Assembly (NCBI RefSeq): GCF_055900595.2
Contig: NZ_CM148325.1
DNA length: 64,000 bases
Strand: one strand, 5' to 3'
Shown: positions 38,570-52,607 of the stretch, piece after piece
Layout of the letters: every line of letters begins with the position of its first letter
Position numbering within the stretch: the stretch's first letter is position 1
The notes under the pieces: model-generated
Databases searched by the model: none
Seen by the model: only the letters and a program-made list of their open reading frames with translations
What the model was told of the DNA's origin: nothing
Program-made: the position numbers and the translations under genes

Positions 38570-40144
38570 ATGGCACAAGTCATTAATACAAACAGCCTGT
38601 CGCTGTTGACCCAGAATAACCTGAACAAATCTCAGTCTTCTCTGAGCTCCGCCATTGAACGTCTCTCTTCTGGCCTGCGTATTAACAGTGCTAAAGATGA
38701 CGCAGCAGGTCAGGCGATTGCTAACCGTTTTACAGCAAATATTAAAGGTCTGACTCAGGCTTCCCGTAACGCGAATGATGGTATTTCTGTTGCGCAGACC
38801 ACTGAAGGTGCGCTTTCTGAAATCAACAATAACTTACAGCGTATTCGTGAATTGTCAGTACAGGCCACTAATGGTACAAACTCTGACTCCGACCTGAATT
38901 CAATTCAGGATGAAATTACACAACGCCTTAGTGAAATTGATCGTGTTTCTAACCAGACACAATTTAATGGTGTAAAAGTTCTGGCTTCTGATCAGACTAT
39001 GAAAATTCAAGTAGGTGCGAACGATGGTGAAACCATTGAGATTGCCCTTGATAAAATTGATGCTAAAACCTTGGGGCTTGATAACTTTAGCGTAGCACCA
39101 GGAAAAGTTCCAATGTCCTCTGCGGTTGCACTTAAGAGCGAAGCCGCTCCTGACTTAACTAAGGTAAATGCAACTGATGGTAGTGTGGGAGGTGCTAAAG
39201 CATTCGGTAGCAATTATAAAAATGCTGATGTTGAAACTTATTTTGGTACCGGTAATGTACAAGATACAAAGGATACAACTGATGCGACCGGTACTGCAGG
39301 AACAAAAGTTTATCAAGTACAGGTGGAAGGGCAGACTTATTTTGTTGGTCAAGATAATAATACCAACACGAACGGTTTTACATTATTGAAACAAAACTCT
39401 ACAGGTTATGAAAAAGTTCAGGTGGGTGGTAAGGATGTTCAGTTAGCAAACTTTGGTGGTCGTATAACTGCATTTGTTGAAGATAATGGTTCTGCCACAT
39501 CAGTTGATTTAGCTGCGGGTAAAATGGGTAAAGCATTAGCTTATAATGATGCACCAATGTCTGTTTATTTTGGGGGAAAAAACCTAGATGTCCACCAAGT
39601 ACAAGATACCCAAGGGAATCCTGTACCTAATTCATTTGCTGCTAAAACATCAGACGGCACCTACATTGCAGTAAATGTAGATGCCGCTACAGGTAACACG
39701 TCTGTTATTACTGATCCTAATGGTAAGGCAGTTGAATGGGCAGTAAAAAATGATGGTTCTGCACAGGCAATTATGCGTGAAGATGATAAGGTTTATACAG
39801 CCAATATCACGAATAAGACGGCAACCAAAGGTGCTGAACTCAGTGCCTCAGATTTGAAAGCCTTAGCAACCACAAATCCATTATCCAAATTAGACGAAGC
39901 TTTGGCAAAAGTTGATAAGTTGCGCAGTTCTTTGGGTGCAGTACAAAACCGTTTCGACTCTGCCATCACCAACCTTGGCAACACCGTAAACAACCTGTCT
40001 TCTGCCCGTAGCCGTATAGAAGATGCTGACTACGCAACCGAAGTGTCTAACATGTCTCGTGCGCAGATCCTGCAACAAGCGGGTACCTCTGTTCTGGCAC
40101 AGGCTAACCAGACCACGCAGAACGTACTGTCTCTGCTGCGTTAA
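38570..40144 (+). CDS. fliC: Flagellin FliC (H antigen), 524 aa
   Basis: Conserved N- and C-terminal flagellin domains ([22 protein letters not shown]... / ...QNVLSLLR) around a divergent central domain. Confidence 0.95.
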   Translation: MAQVINTNSLSLLTQNNLNKSQSSLSSAIERLSSGLRINSAKDDAAGQAIANRFTANIKGLTQASRNANDGISVAQTTEGALSEINNNLQRIRELSVQATNGTNSDSDLNSIQDEITQRLSEIDRVSNQTQFNGVKVLASDQTMKIQVGANDGETIEIALDKIDAKTLGLDNFSVAPGKVPMSSAVALKSEAAPDLTKVNATDGSVGGAKAFGSNYKNADVETYFGTGNVQDTKDTTDATGTAGTKVYQVQVEGQTYFVGQDNNTNTNGFTLLKQNSTGYEKVQVGGKDVQLANFGGRITAFVEDNGSATSVDLAAGKMGKALAYNDAPMSVYFGGKNLDVHQVQDTQGNPVPNSFAAKTSDGTYIAVNVDAATGNTSVITDPNGKAVEWAVKNDGSAQAIMREDDKVYTANITNKTATKGAELSASDLKALATTNPLSKLDEALAKVDKLRSSLGAVQNRFDSAITNLGNTVNNLSSARSRIEDADYATEVSNMSRAQILQQAGTSVLAQANQTTQNVLSLLR

Positions 40145-40160
40145 TTTACACTTATCGCTC

Positions 40161-40187
40161 AAACCCCGCCACCGGCGGGGTTTTTTC
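40161..40187 (+). terminator. Rho-independent terminator of fliC
   Basis: CCCCGCC-ACC-GGCGGGG hairpin followed by TTTTTT. Confidence 0.8.
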
Positions 40188-40308
40188 TGCATGGAATTTA
40201 CCGGTAACCCCCAAATAACCCCTCATTTCACCCACTAATCGTCCGATTAAAAACCCTGCAGAAACGGATAATCATGCCGATAACTCATATAACGCAGGGC
40301 TGTTTATC

Positions 40309-41028
40309 GTGAATTCACTCTATACCGCTGAAGGTGTAATGGATAAACACTCGCTGTGGCAGCGTTATGTCCCGCTGGTGCGTCACGAAGCATTGCGCCT
40401 GCAGGTTCGACTGCCCGCGAGCGTGGAACTTGACGATCTGCTACAGGCGGGCGGCATTGGGTTACTTAATGCCGTCGAACGCTATGACGCCCTACAAGGA
40501 ACGGCATTTACAACTTACGCAGTGCAGCGTATCCGTGGCGCTATGCTGGATGAACTTCGCAGCCGTGACTGGGTGCCGCGCAGCGTGCGACGCAACGCGC
40601 GTGAAGTGGCACAGGCAATAGGGCAACTGGAGCAGGAACTTGGCCGCAACGCCACGGAAACTGAGGTAGCGGAACGTTTAGGGATCGATATTGCCGATTA
40701 TCGCCAAATGTTGCTCGACACCAATAACAGCCAGCTCTTCTCCTACGATGAGTGGCGCGAAGAGCACGGCGATAGCATCGAACTGGTTACTGATGATCAT
40801 CAGCGAGAAAACCCGCTACAACAACTGCTGGACAGTAATCTGCGCCAGCGAGTGATGGAAGCTATCGAAACGTTGCCGGAGCGCGAAAAACTGGTATTAA
40901 CCCTCTATTACCAGGAAGAGCTGAATCTCAAAGAGATTGGCGCGGTGCTGGAGGTCGGGGAATCGCGGGTCAGTCAGTTACACAGCCAGGCCATTAAACG
41001 GTTACGCACTAAACTGGGTAAGTTATAA
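40309..41028 (+). CDS. fliA: Flagellar sigma factor sigma-28 (FliA)
   Basis: 239-aa sigma-70-family ORF; GTG start. Confidence 0.93.
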   Translation: MNSLYTAEGVMDKHSLWQRYVPLVRHEALRLQVRLPASVELDDLLQAGGIGLLNAVERYDALQGTAFTTYAVQRIRGAMLDELRSRDWVPRSVRRNAREVAQAIGQLEQELGRNATETEVAERLGIDIADYRQMLLDTNNSQLFSYDEWREEHGDSIELVTDDHQRENPLQQLLDSNLRQRVMEAIETLPEREKLVLTLYYQEELNLKEIGAVLEVGESRVSQLHSQAIKRLRTKLGKL

Positions 41029-41073
41029 CGTCAGTAAATGCCGCACTTTAATTTTGACTACCAGGAGTTCTTA

Positions 41074-41625
41074 ATGATGGTGCAGCACCTGAAAAGACGG
41101 CCATTAAGCCGCTATCTTAAAGACTTTAAACACAGCCAGACCCATTGCGCGCATTGCCGTAAATTACTCGATCGCATTACCTTAGTTCGCGACGGCAAAA
41201 TAGTGAATAAAATCGAGATTTCCCGCCTGGACACGCTGCTTGATGAAAATGGCTGGCAAGTGGAACAACAATCATGGGCGGCATTGTGCCGATTTTGCGG
41301 TGATTTACATTGCAAAACGCAGAGTGATTTTTTCGATATTATCGGCTTTAAGCAATTTCTTTTTGAGCAAACTGAAATGAGCCCAGGTACGGTGCGTGAA
41401 TATGTCGTTCGTCTGCGCCGTTTGGGGAATCATCTACACGAGCAAAATATTTCCCTCGATCAGCTGCAGGACGGTTTCCTTGATGAAATCCTCGCCCCGT
41501 GGCTGCCCACCACCAGCACCAACAATTACCGCATCGCATTACGGAAGTATCAACACTATCAGCGTCAAACGTGTACCGGACTTGTGCAGAAATCCTCCAG
41601 CCTGCCTGCTTCTGATATATATTAA
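41074..41625 (+). CDS. fliZ: Regulator FliZ
   Basis: Start trimmed to MMVQHLKRRPLS... Confidence 0.85.
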   Translation: MMVQHLKRRPLSRYLKDFKHSQTHCAHCRKLLDRITLVRDGKIVNKIEISRLDTLLDENGWQVEQQSWAALCRFCGDLHCKTQSDFFDIIGFKQFLFEQTEMSPGTVREYVVRLRRLGNHLHEQNISLDQLQDGFLDEILAPWLPTTSTNNYRIALRKYQHYQRQTCTGLVQKSSSLPASDIY

Positions 41626-41712
41626 ATAAGAATAAGATGTAGCGGAGTTGTTTTTGTGTTTACAAACAATGGCTCTACACTGCAAACAGACATAACAACA
41701 TTCGGGGTGAAT

Positions 41713-43604
<1,892 letters not shown>

Positions 43605-43618
43605 CTCCGGAAACGCTC

Positions 43619-44287
43619 ATGCAAGAAAGTATACAACTGGTTATTGATTCCTTGCCGTTCCTGCTGAAAGGGGCTGGGTATACCCTGCAACTCAGTATCG
43701 GCGGCATGTTTTTTGGCTTACTACTCGGGTTTATTCTCGCGCTGATGCGCCTGTCGCCAATCTGGCCCGTGCGCTGGCTGGCGCGTTTTTATATCTCTAT
43801 TTTTCGTGGTACGCCGCTCATCGCACAACTGTTTATGATCTATTACGGCCTGCCGCAGTTTGGTATCGAATTAGATCCCATTCCGTCAGCAATGATTGGT
43901 CTGTCGCTGAACACTGCCGCCTATGCCGCCGAAACGCTGCGCGCCGCCATTTCTTCTATTGATAAAGGTCAGTGGGAAGCCGCTGCCAGTATTGGTATGA
44001 CGCCGTGGCAGACCATGCGTCGCGCGATTTTGCCACAGGCGGCGCGGGTGGCGTTGCCGCCGCTGTCGAACAGCTTTATCAGTCTGGTAAAAGATACGTC
44101 GCTGGCCGCGACAATCCAGGTGCCGGAGCTGTTCCGTCAGGCGCAGTTGATTACCTCGCGCACGCTGGAGGTGTTCACCATGTACCTGGCGGCTTCGCTC
44201 ATCTACTGGATCATGGCGACAGTGTTATCGACGTTGCAGAACCATTTTGAGAATCAACTTAATCGCCAGGAGAGAGAACCAAAATGA
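43619..44287 (+). CDS. tcyL: Cystine ABC transporter permease TcyL (YecS)
   Basis: 222-aa permease ORF. Confidence 0.88.
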   Translation: MQESIQLVIDSLPFLLKGAGYTLQLSIGGMFFGLLLGFILALMRLSPIWPVRWLARFYISIFRGTPLIAQLFMIYYGLPQFGIELDPIPSAMIGLSLNTAAYAAETLRAAISSIDKGQWEAAASIGMTPWQTMRRAILPQAARVALPPLSNSFISLVKDTSLAATIQVPELFRQAQLITSRTLEVFTMYLAASLIYWIMATVLSTLQNHFENQLNRQEREPK

Positions 44288-45036
44288 GTGCCATTGAAGT
44301 TAAGAACCTGGTGAAAAAATTTCACGGTCAGACGGTGCTGCACGGTATCGACCTCGAGGTAAAGCCTGGCGAAGTGGTGGCAATTATCGGTCCGAGTGGT
44401 TCCGGCAAAACCACGTTGCTACGCAGCATAAATCTGCTGGAACAACCGGAAGCGGGAACGATCACCGTTGGCGATATCACTATTGATACTGCACGTTCAT
44501 TAAGTCAGCAAAAATCGCTGATTCGCCAGTTGCGTCAGCACGTCGGGTTTGTCTTCCAGAACTATAATTTGTTTCCGCATCGTACGGTGCTGGAAAACAT
44601 TATTGAAGGGCCGGTGATCGTCAAAGGCGAACCGAAAGAAGAGGCCACGGCGCGCGCTCGCGAGCTGCTGGCGAAAGTTGGGCTGGCCGGTAAAGAAACC
44701 AGCTATCCACGTCGTTTGTCTGGCGGTCAACAGCAGCGTGTTGCGATTGCGCGAGCGCTGGCAATGCGTCCTGAGGTGATTTTGTTTGACGAGCCAACGT
44801 CGGCGCTGGATCCAGAGCTGGTGGGCGAGGTCCTGAACACCATCCGCCAGCTGGCGCAGGAAAAGCGCACGATGGTGATTGTGACGCACGAAATGAGCTT
44901 TGCCCGGGATGTTGCGGACCGGGCGATCTTTATGGACCAGGGGCGGATAGTCGAGCAGGGGGCCGCAAAAGCGTTATTTGCCGATCCCCAGCAGCCTCGC
45001 ACCCGCCAGTTCCTCGAGAAGTTTCTGCTGCAATAA
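44284..45036 (+). CDS. tcyN: Cystine ABC transporter ATPase TcyN (YecC)
   Basis: 250-aa ORF with Walker A GPSGSGKTT and signature LSGGQQQR. Confidence 0.9.
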   Translation: MSAIEVKNLVKKFHGQTVLHGIDLEVKPGEVVAIIGPSGSGKTTLLRSINLLEQPEAGTITVGDITIDTARSLSQQKSLIRQLRQHVGFVFQNYNLFPHRTVLENIIEGPVIVKGEPKEEATARARELLAKVGLAGKETSYPRRLSGGQQQRVAIARALAMRPEVILFDEPTSALDPELVGEVLNTIRQLAQEKRTMVIVTHEMSFARDVADRAIFMDQGRIVEQGAAKALFADPQQPRTRQFLEKFLLQ

Positions 45037-45265
45037 TAAGAAAAAATCAGCCCCGACGATTCACCTGTCGGGGCGGGACGCCATTTCAAACGTGATAAAA
45101 CTGCTTAACAAATCAGCATAACTCATTAATAACATAAGAGAATGCGATGGCTTGCAAAAGTAATTCATTGCCTGAATAATATAAATTATATATAAATCTT
45201 ATTTATGTGATAGTTTGAATTATCATTATAAATGATACTCACTCTCAGGGGCGTTGCGGTTTACT

Positions 45266-45988
45266 ATGCAGGATACGGATTTTTTCAGCTGGCGTCGCAC
45301 GATGCTGTTGCGTTTTCAGAGGATGGAGGCCGCAGAAGAGGTCTACCATGAAATAGAGCTTCAGGCTCAGCAGCTGGAGTACGATTACTATTCGTTATGT
45401 GTTCGCCACCCGGTACCATTCACGCGACCTAAAGTGGCTTTCTACACCAATTACCCTGAGGCGTGGGTTAGTTATTATCAGGCAAAAAACTTTCTCGCAA
45501 TTGATCCGGTGCTGAACCCTGAAAACTTTAGTCAGGGCCATTTAATGTGGAATGATGACTTATTCAGCGAAGCACAGCCGTTATGGGAAGCCGCGCGCGC
45601 ACATGGTTTACGCCGCGGTGTCACTCAGTATTTAATGCTGCCAAACCGGGCGTTGGGCTTTTTGTCCTTTTCCCGTAGCAGCGCGCGCGAAATACCCATT
45701 CTTAGTGATGAACTGCAATTAAAAATGCAGTTACTGGTGCGCGAAAGTCTGATGGCTCTGATGCGTTTAAATGATGAAATAGTGATGACGCCAGAGATGA
45801 ATTTCAGCAAGCGCGAAAAAGAAATTTTGAAATGGACGGCGGAAGGGAAGACATCAGCAGAGATAGCGATGATTTTGTCAATCTCTGAGAATACGGTCAA
45901 TTTTCATCAGAAAAACATGCAGAAAAAAATCAATGCACCGAATAAGACCCAGGTTGCCTGTTACGCGGCCGCTACTGGCTTAATTTGA
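45266..45988 (+). CDS. sdiA: LuxR-type orphan AHL receptor SdiA
   Basis: Start trimmed to MQDTDFFSWRR...; C-terminal LuxR HTH. Confidence 0.9.
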   Translation: MQDTDFFSWRRTMLLRFQRMEAAEEVYHEIELQAQQLEYDYYSLCVRHPVPFTRPKVAFYTNYPEAWVSYYQAKNFLAIDPVLNPENFSQGHLMWNDDLFSEAQPLWEAARAHGLRRGVTQYLMLPNRALGFLSFSRSSAREIPILSDELQLKMQLLVRESLMALMRLNDEIVMTPEMNFSKREKEILKWTAEGKTSAEIAMILSISENTVNFHQKNMQKKINAPNKTQVACYAAATGLI

Positions 45989-46016
45989 TCTCTTTTCTCT
46001 GTTACGTGCCAGATGC

Positions 46017-46054
46017 AAAAACCGGCTGAAAGGCACGCTCTCAGCCGGTTTTAT
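46017..46054. terminator. Bidirectional rho-independent terminator between convergent sdiA and yecF
   Basis: AAAA-CCGGCTGA...TCAGCCGG-TTTT hairpin flanked by A- and T-runs. Confidence 0.7.
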
Positions 46055-46055
46055 A

Positions 46056-46280
46056 TTACTGACGGTAGGCTTGTTTAATTTGCTTAACCGTTTTGGAAAA
46101 TACTGCAGCCTGGGTTTCGTCTTCGATCAGCGCAAGCTGTTTTTCCATCTTTAACATCACGCGGCCCGCGTCAGCTTGTCCCATCGCCTGCAGCATCAGC
46201 GTCAGCATCGCTTTCAGGCAGGAGACTTCATTTGCCAGTTCTTGATTATTCTCGGCAGTAGAAAAATCAGGCGTACTCAT
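46056..46280 (-). CDS. yecF: Small protein YecF
   Basis: 74-aa ORF. Confidence 0.75.
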
Positions 46281-46738
46281 TTATTTTCCTCGTCATGTTG
46301 CAATGAAAATTTGCGGTGAAAAATGTTAAGGCGGCGGAGTATACCATAAGCTTTGCTAAAAATAGCAGTGGTTGTTTTTTGAGCGTGCCGTCAACGGTGC
46401 TATTAAATGTGTTAATATAATGACCAATAAATATTTTTATCATGAATGTTTTTTGCCCGTATTGTTCGGGTTAATTAATGTTACATATTCAGCGGGCTGA
46501 TTTTCATTTTTGCTGAATAAAGGTAATTTTTGTCACATTTCGTCGCAGGGCTTACTGTGAAACGATCCGGTAAGCCGTTGGTGACGGGCGTGACCATAAC
46601 TGTGGACAATCGAATTGACAAAAACGAGAGAAAAATCGAATACCCACCATTTTTAACGTTTCAAAGTTGCAATAAAAACCGCTAATATACGAATGACTAA
46701 CTATCAGTAGCGTTATCCCTATTTCTGGAGATATTCCT

Positions 46739-47395
46739 TTGATCAACGTTCTACTTGTTGATGACCACGAACTGGTGCGCGCAGGGATACGACGCATTCT
46801 GGAAGATATAAAGGGTATAAAAGTCGTCGGCGAGGCATCGTGCGGTGAAGACGCCGTTAAGTGGTGCCGGACAAATTCCGTTGACGTGGTGCTAATGGAC
46901 ATGAGTATGCCGGGCATTGGCGGCCTTGAGGCGACGCGCAAAATCGCGCGTTCCACAGCTGATGTCAAAATCATCATGCTTACGGTCCATACAGAAAACC
47001 CTTTACCAGCGAAAGTCATGCAGGCCGGTGCTGCGGGCTACCTCAGCAAAGGTGCGGCTCCGCAGGAAGTCGTGAGTGCGATCCGTTCTGTCTATTCAGG
47101 GCAGCGTTACATTGCTTCTGACATCGCTCAACAAATGGCATTAAGCCAGATCGAACCAGAAAAAACAGAAAGCCCATTTGCCAGTTTGTCTGAACGTGAA
47201 TTGCAGATTATGCTGATGATCACCAAGGGCCAGAAGGTCAATGAGATCTCAGAACAGCTCAATCTCAGTCCGAAAACGGTGAACAGCTACCGCTATCGTA
47301 TGTTCAGTAAACTAAACATTCATGGCGATGTTGAGCTGACTCACCTGGCAATTCGCCATGGTCTGTGTAATGCGGAGACATTATCAAGTCAGTGA
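46739..47395 (+). CDS. uvrY: Response regulator UvrY (BarA partner)
   Basis: 218-aa receiver plus LuxR-HTH ORF; apparent TTG start. Confidence 0.9.
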
Positions 47396-49224
47396 GTGAT
47401 CAGTTTGACGCAAAAGCGTTTTTAAAAACCGTAACCAGCCAGCCAGGCGTTTATCGCATGTACGATGCTGGTGGTACGGTTATCTATGTCGGCAAAGCGA
47501 AAGACCTGAAAAAACGGCTTTCCAGCTATTTCCGCAGCAACCTCGCTTCGCGCAAAACCGAAGCGCTGGTCGCCCAGATCCAGCAAATTGATGTAACGGT
47601 TACTCACACAGAAACCGAAGCGCTGTTGCTGGAACACAACTACATCAAACTCTATCAGCCGCGTTACAACGTTTTGCTACGCGATGATAAATCTTATCCT
47701 TTTATCTTCCTGAGTGGCGATACCCACCCGCGTCTGGCGATGCATCGTGGTGCGAAGCATGCCAAAGGTGAATATTTCGGCCCGTTCCCGAATGGCTATG
47801 CCGTACGTGAAACACTGGCGCTACTGCAAAAGATATTCCCCATTCGCCAGTGCGAAAATAGTGTTTATCGTAATCGCTCGCGTCCGTGTCTGCAATATCA
47901 GATAGGGCGCTGTCTGGGACCGTGCGTTGAAGGACTGGTGAGTGAAGAAGAATACGCTCAGCAGGTCGAGTATGTGCGCCTGTTTTTGTCTGGCAAAGAT
48001 GATCAGGTGCTTACGCAACTGATTAGCCGTATGGAAACTGCCAGCCAGAATCTGGAGTTTGAAGAAGCGGCACGTATTCGCGACCAAATTCAGGCGGTGC
48101 GACGCGTCACCGAAAAACAGTTTGTTTCCAATACCGGCGACGACCTCGACGTTATTGGTGTGGCGTTCGATGCGGGCATGGCTTGTGTCCACGTATTGTT
48201 CATTCGTCAGGGCAAAGTGCTCGGCAGCCGCAGCTATTTCCCGAAAGTGCCTGGCGGTACGGAACTGAGCGAGGTGGTAGAAACCTTCGTAGGCCAGTTC
48301 TATTTACAAGGCAGCCAGATGCGCACCTTACCGGGTGAGATCCTGCTCGATTTTAATCTTAGCGATAAAACGCTGCTCGCCGATTCCCTTTCAGAACTGG
48401 CGGGACGCAAGATTAATGTTCAAACCAAACCTCGCGGCGATAGGGCGCGTTATCTGAAACTCGCGCGCACCAATGCGGCGACGGCCTTAACCAGCAAACT
48501 TTCGCAGCAATCTACCGTTCACCAGCGACTGACCGCGCTTGCCAGCGTGTTGAAATTGCCGGAAGTGAAGCGGATGGAGTGCTTTGACATCAGCCATACC
48601 ATGGGCGAACAAACCGTCGCTTCCTGTGTGGTGTTTGATGCTAACGGCCCGCTGCGTGCGGAGTATCGGCGCTATAACATTACAGGCATCACGCCGGGCG
48701 ATGATTATGCGGCGATGAATCAGGTGCTGCGTCGGCGTTATGGTAAAGCCATTGACGACAGTAAGATCCCGGATGTGATCCTTATCGACGGCGGCAAAGG
48801 CCAGCTTGCGCAGGCGAAAAATGTCTTCGCCGAACTGGATGTCTCATGGGATAAAAATCATCCACTGCTACTTGGCGTTGCCAAAGGAGCAGATCGTAAG
48901 GCTGGGCTGGAAACACTGTTCTTTGAGCCGGAAGGTGAGGGATTCAGTTTGCCGCCAGATTCTCCCGCGCTGCATGTTATCCAGCATATTCGCGATGAAT
49001 CACACGATCACGCGATTGGCGGGCACCGTAAAAAACGGGCGAAGGTCAAAAATACCAGCTCCCTGGAAACCATTGAAGGCGTCGGGCCAAAACGTCGGCA
49101 AATGTTGTTGAAATATATGGGCGGTTTGCAAGGTTTACGTAACGCCAGCGTCGAGGAAATTGCAAAAGTGCCGGGTATTTCGCAAGGTCTGGCAGAAAAG
49201 ATCTTCTGGTCGTTGAAACATTGA
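47392..49224 (+). CDS. uvrC: Excinuclease ABC subunit C
   Basis: 610-aa ORF with GIY-YIG N-terminus; 4-nt overlap with uvrY. Confidence 0.95.
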
Positions 49225-49280
49225 TGTCTCTGTAGCAACATAGGGGTAATCTTACTGACAACAGATAGTTACCCGTCATT

Positions 49281-49829
49281 ATGCAATTTAATATCCCTAC
49301 GTTGCTTACACTGTTCCGTGTCATCCTTATCCCATTCTTTGTATTGGTCTTTTATCTGCCTGTCACCTGGTCGCCGTTTGCCGCCGCGCTCATTTTCTGC
49401 GTCGCGGCGGTGACTGACTGGTTCGATGGTTTTCTGGCACGCCGCTGGAACCAGAGTACCCGGTTTGGTGCTTTCCTTGACCCTGTAGCAGATAAAGTTC
49501 TCGTGGCTATCGCCATGGTGCTGGTAACCGAGCATTATCACAGCTGGTGGGTGACCCTACCGGCGGCAACGATGATCGCCCGTGAAATTATTATTTCTGC
49601 GCTACGCGAATGGATGGCGGAGTTGGGTAAACGCAGTAGCGTGGCTGTCTCCTGGATTGGGAAAGTGAAAACCACTGCCCAGATGGTGGCGTTGGCCTGG
49701 CTGCTGTGGCGTCCGAACATTTGGGTTGAGTACGCCGGTATTGCACTTTTCTTTGTGGCTGCGGTACTGACTCTGTGGTCAATGTTGCAATATTTGAGCG
49801 CTGCGCGTGCAGATTTGCTTGATCAGTGA
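49281..49829 (+). CDS. pgsA: CDP-diacylglycerol--glycerol-3-phosphate 3-phosphatidyltransferase
   Basis: 182-aa membrane ORF with CDP-alcohol phosphatidyltransferase motif. Confidence 0.9.
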
Positions 49830-49980
49830 TCGTTTCGGCGTAATTTTCAGCAAACGATCAAAAGTGGTGAAAAATATCGTTGACTCATCGCGCCAGGTAA
49901 GTAGAATGCAACGCATCGAACGGCGGCACTGATTGCCAGACGATAATAAAATCAAGTGATTAACTGATTGCTTGATGAAT

Positions 49981-50056
<76 letters not shown>

Positions 50057-50110
50057 GTTTAAAAGACATCGGCCTCAAGCGGATGTCTGGCTGAAAGGCC
50101 TGAAGAATTT

Positions 50111-50184
50111 GGCGCGTTAACAAAGCGGTTATGTAGCGGATTGCAAATCCGTCTAGTCCGGTTCGACTCCGGAACGCGCCTCCA
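50111..50184 (+). tRNA. cysT: tRNA-Cys (anticodon GCA)
   Basis: 74-nt GGCGCGTTAACAAAGCGG...GGTTCGACTCCGGAACGCGCCTCCA. Confidence 0.93.
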
Positions 50185-50196
50185 CTTTCTTCCCGA

Positions 50197-50283
50197 GCCC
50201 GGATGGTGGAATCGGTAGACACAAGGGATTTAAAATCCCTCGGCGTTCGCGCTGTGCGGGTTCAAGTCCCGCTCCGGGTACCA
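50197..50283 (+). tRNA. leuZ: tRNA-Leu (anticodon TAA), long variable arm
   Basis: 87-nt GCCCGGATGGTGGAATCGGTAGACAC...GGTTCAAGTCCCGCTCCGGGTACCA. Confidence 0.93.
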
Positions 50284-50326
50284 TGGGAAAGATAAGAATA
50301 AAATCAAAGCAATAAGCAGTGTCGTG

Positions 50327-50352
50327 AAACCACCTTCGGGTGGTTTTTTTGT
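50327..50352 (+). terminator. Rho-independent terminator of the tRNA operon
   Basis: ACCACC-TTCG-GGTGGT hairpin followed by TTTTTTT. Confidence 0.8.
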
Positions 50353-50478
50353 GCCTGCAACTTGTCGTTACACCCTCCTTAATTTTTAATCACCAGCAAA
50401 GCCACTCAAAAAGTATCTCTGATACGGACCGGCATGTAAGATAGGTGCTGGCGAGTTGAGATCCACAAGGAAAAGCGT

Positions 50479-51144
50479 ATGAAAACGGGACCGTTAAACG
50501 AAAGTGAGTTGGAATGGCTGGACGATATTCTGACCAAATACAACACTGACCACGCCATCCTTGATGTGGCGGAGCTGGACGGTTTATTGACGGCGGTGTT
50601 GAGTTCTCCGCAAGAGATTGAACCGGCACAGTGGCTGGTTGCCGTGTGGGGTGGGGCTGACTATGTGCCGCGCTGGGCGTCAGAGAAAGAGATGACGCGC
50701 TTTATGAATCTGGCTTTTCAACATATGGCCGATACCGCAGAGCGTCTGAACGAATTCCCGGAGCAGTTTGAGCCGTTATTCGGCTTGCGAGAAGTTGATG
50801 GCAGCGAGCTGACGATTGTTGAGGAGTGGTGCTTTGGCTATATGCGGGGCGTGGCACTTTCTGACTGGTCAACGTTGCCCGATTCGTTAAAACCAGCGCT
50901 GGAGGCGATTGCGCTGCACGGTACTGAGGAAAACTTCGAGCGGGTAGAGAAAATGTCGCCAGAAGCGTTTGAAGAGAGCGTAGATGCCATTCGACTGGCG
51001 GCGCTTGATCTACATGCGTACTGGATGGCGCATCCGCAGGAAAAAGCTGTTCAGCAACCGATCAAAGCAGAAGAGAAACCGGGGCGTAACGATCCTTGCC
51101 CGTGCGGTAGTGGTAAGAAATTTAAGCAGTGCTGCCTGCATTAA
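50479..51144 (+). CDS. yecA: UPF0149 / SEC-C-motif protein YecA
   Basis: 221-aa ORF with C-terminal [13 protein letters not shown] metal-binding motif. Confidence 0.85.
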   Translation: MKTGPLNESELEWLDDILTKYNTDHAILDVAELDGLLTAVLSSPQEIEPAQWLVAVWGGADYVPRWASEKEMTRFMNLAFQHMADTAERLNEFPEQFEPLFGLREVDGSELTIVEEWCFGYMRGVALSDWSTLPDSLKPALEAIALHGTEENFERVEKMSPEAFEESVDAIRLAALDLHAYWMAHPQEKAVQQPIKAEEKPGRNDPCPCGSGKKFKQCCLH

Positions 51145-51205
51145 GAGGTCAAATTGGGTGTCAGCGTTAATTCTGGCACCCAATAAGGAATTTGAGGCTA
51201 TCTGA

Positions 51206-52417
51206 TCACCCCACTTCTGGTAACAACCCTGCCGCAATCAAAAATTGCACGCCAATCACAGCAATACCACAGAGAAACACCACCACCAGCGCCGGACGAC
51301 CACCTTTCACCCGGTAACCCGCCTGAGGATTGTGCTTTCTGCTTTGCCAGGTCAACAGCGAAGGGATAATCAATGCCAGTACCGCCAGCGCCACACCGGC
51401 GTAACCCAGCGCCATCACAAATCCTCGTGGATAAAACAGTGCAAACGCCAACGGCGGCAGAAAGGTAATTGCACCAGTTTGCAACCGTCCACCAACGGTA
51501 TTTGAACGCTGAAATAAATCAGCCAGATAATCAAATAAGCCTAACGCAACGCCGAGAAATGACGTGGCGAGGGCTAAATCAGCAAATAAATGCACTGCCA
51601 GCTCAACATGCGGAGAGGCCACCATTTCGCGTAACGCCTGTAACAGCCCGTTTAATCCAGCATGATTAGCCAGCAATCCCATAAAGGTTGTTGAATCAAT
51701 GCTGCCAAGCGTTGCCACCTGCCAGAAAATATATGCCACCAGGGGGATCGCACTACCGGTTATAAACACCCAGCGTAGCTTACGAACGTTGCCATCCATA
51801 TAGCTGACAATACTCGGCACGCTACCGTGAAAACCAAATGAGGTAAAAATCACCGGGATTGCTGACAGAGCCAGCCCCTGTTGCAACGGCAGGGTTAAAA
51901 GATTCACTTTGTGAATATGCGGTAGTAGCAATACCAGCATCACCACCAGAAAAATAATTTTGGCGCTGAACAGAAAACGGTTAAATAAATCGACCAGCGA
52001 TGTTCCAACACAAACCACGCCACCGGCAACAAAAGTGAACAACAGCACGCCAGCGGTTGCCGACATTGAAATACCTGTCCAGTCGCTGATGCTGGAGGCC
52101 AACAATTCACCGGCACCGCTGATGTATGCCGCAGTCAGAGCATACATTAAGAACATCATACTGAAGCCCGTCAGCCATTGACCGTAGCGTCCCAGATAGC
52201 GTTTTGCCAGCGTGCCTAGACCGGTATCTGCCGGAACATGCTGGTACACCTCCAGCAGTAATAGCGCCGTGTAGCACATCAACGCCCAAAGCCCAATCAA
52301 CAAGATTAACGTAACGCTAAAACCAACACCGGCCGCAGCCAGCGGCATTGCCAGCATGCCTGCGCCAATTGTGGTTCCCGCCACGATAAAAACACTTCCC
52401 AGGGTTCTGTTTTTCAC
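51206..52417 (-). CDS. tyrP: Tyrosine-specific transporter TyrP
   Basis: 403-aa polytopic ORF. Confidence 0.88.
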   Translation of the reverse strand: MKNRTLGSVFIVAGTTIGAGMLAMPLAAAGVGFSVTLILLIGLWALMCYTALLLLEVYQHVPADTGLGTLAKRYLGRYGQWLTGFSMMFLMYALTAAYISGAGELLASSISDWTGISMSATAGVLLFTFVAGGVVCVGTSLVDLFNRFLFSAKIIFLVVMLVLLLPHIHKVNLLTLPLQQGLALSAIPVIFTSFGFHGSVPSIVSYMDGNVRKLRWVFITGSAIPLVAYIFWQVATLGSIDSTTFMGLLANHAGLNGLLQALREMVASPHVELAVHLFADLALATSFLGVALGLFDYLADLFQRSNTVGGRLQTGAITFLPPLAFALFYPRGFVMALGYAGVALAVLALIIPSLLTWQSRKHNPQAGYRVKGGRPALVVVFLCGIAVIGVQFLIAAGLLPEVG

Positions 52418-52607
52418 GCTTTCTTCTGTCCTGACGATCTTTATGAGTGATATCTGCGGCGCAGGTTAAGGCATAACGGCTGCTTCGTCAAACCGACGTT
52501 ACATATGGTGTAAATATAAATGTACAATAAAAAGCATTCAGTCCTGCGCTGGCGCAAAGTCTTCATAAGCGGCAATCGCTACGCTAGGCTTTTTTTGAGG
52601 AGGGACG

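Noticed and set aside
46552-47019. 155-aa minus-strand ORF overlapping the uvrY 5' end
   Set aside because: Antisense to the uvrY receiver domain and extends into its promoter; no support.
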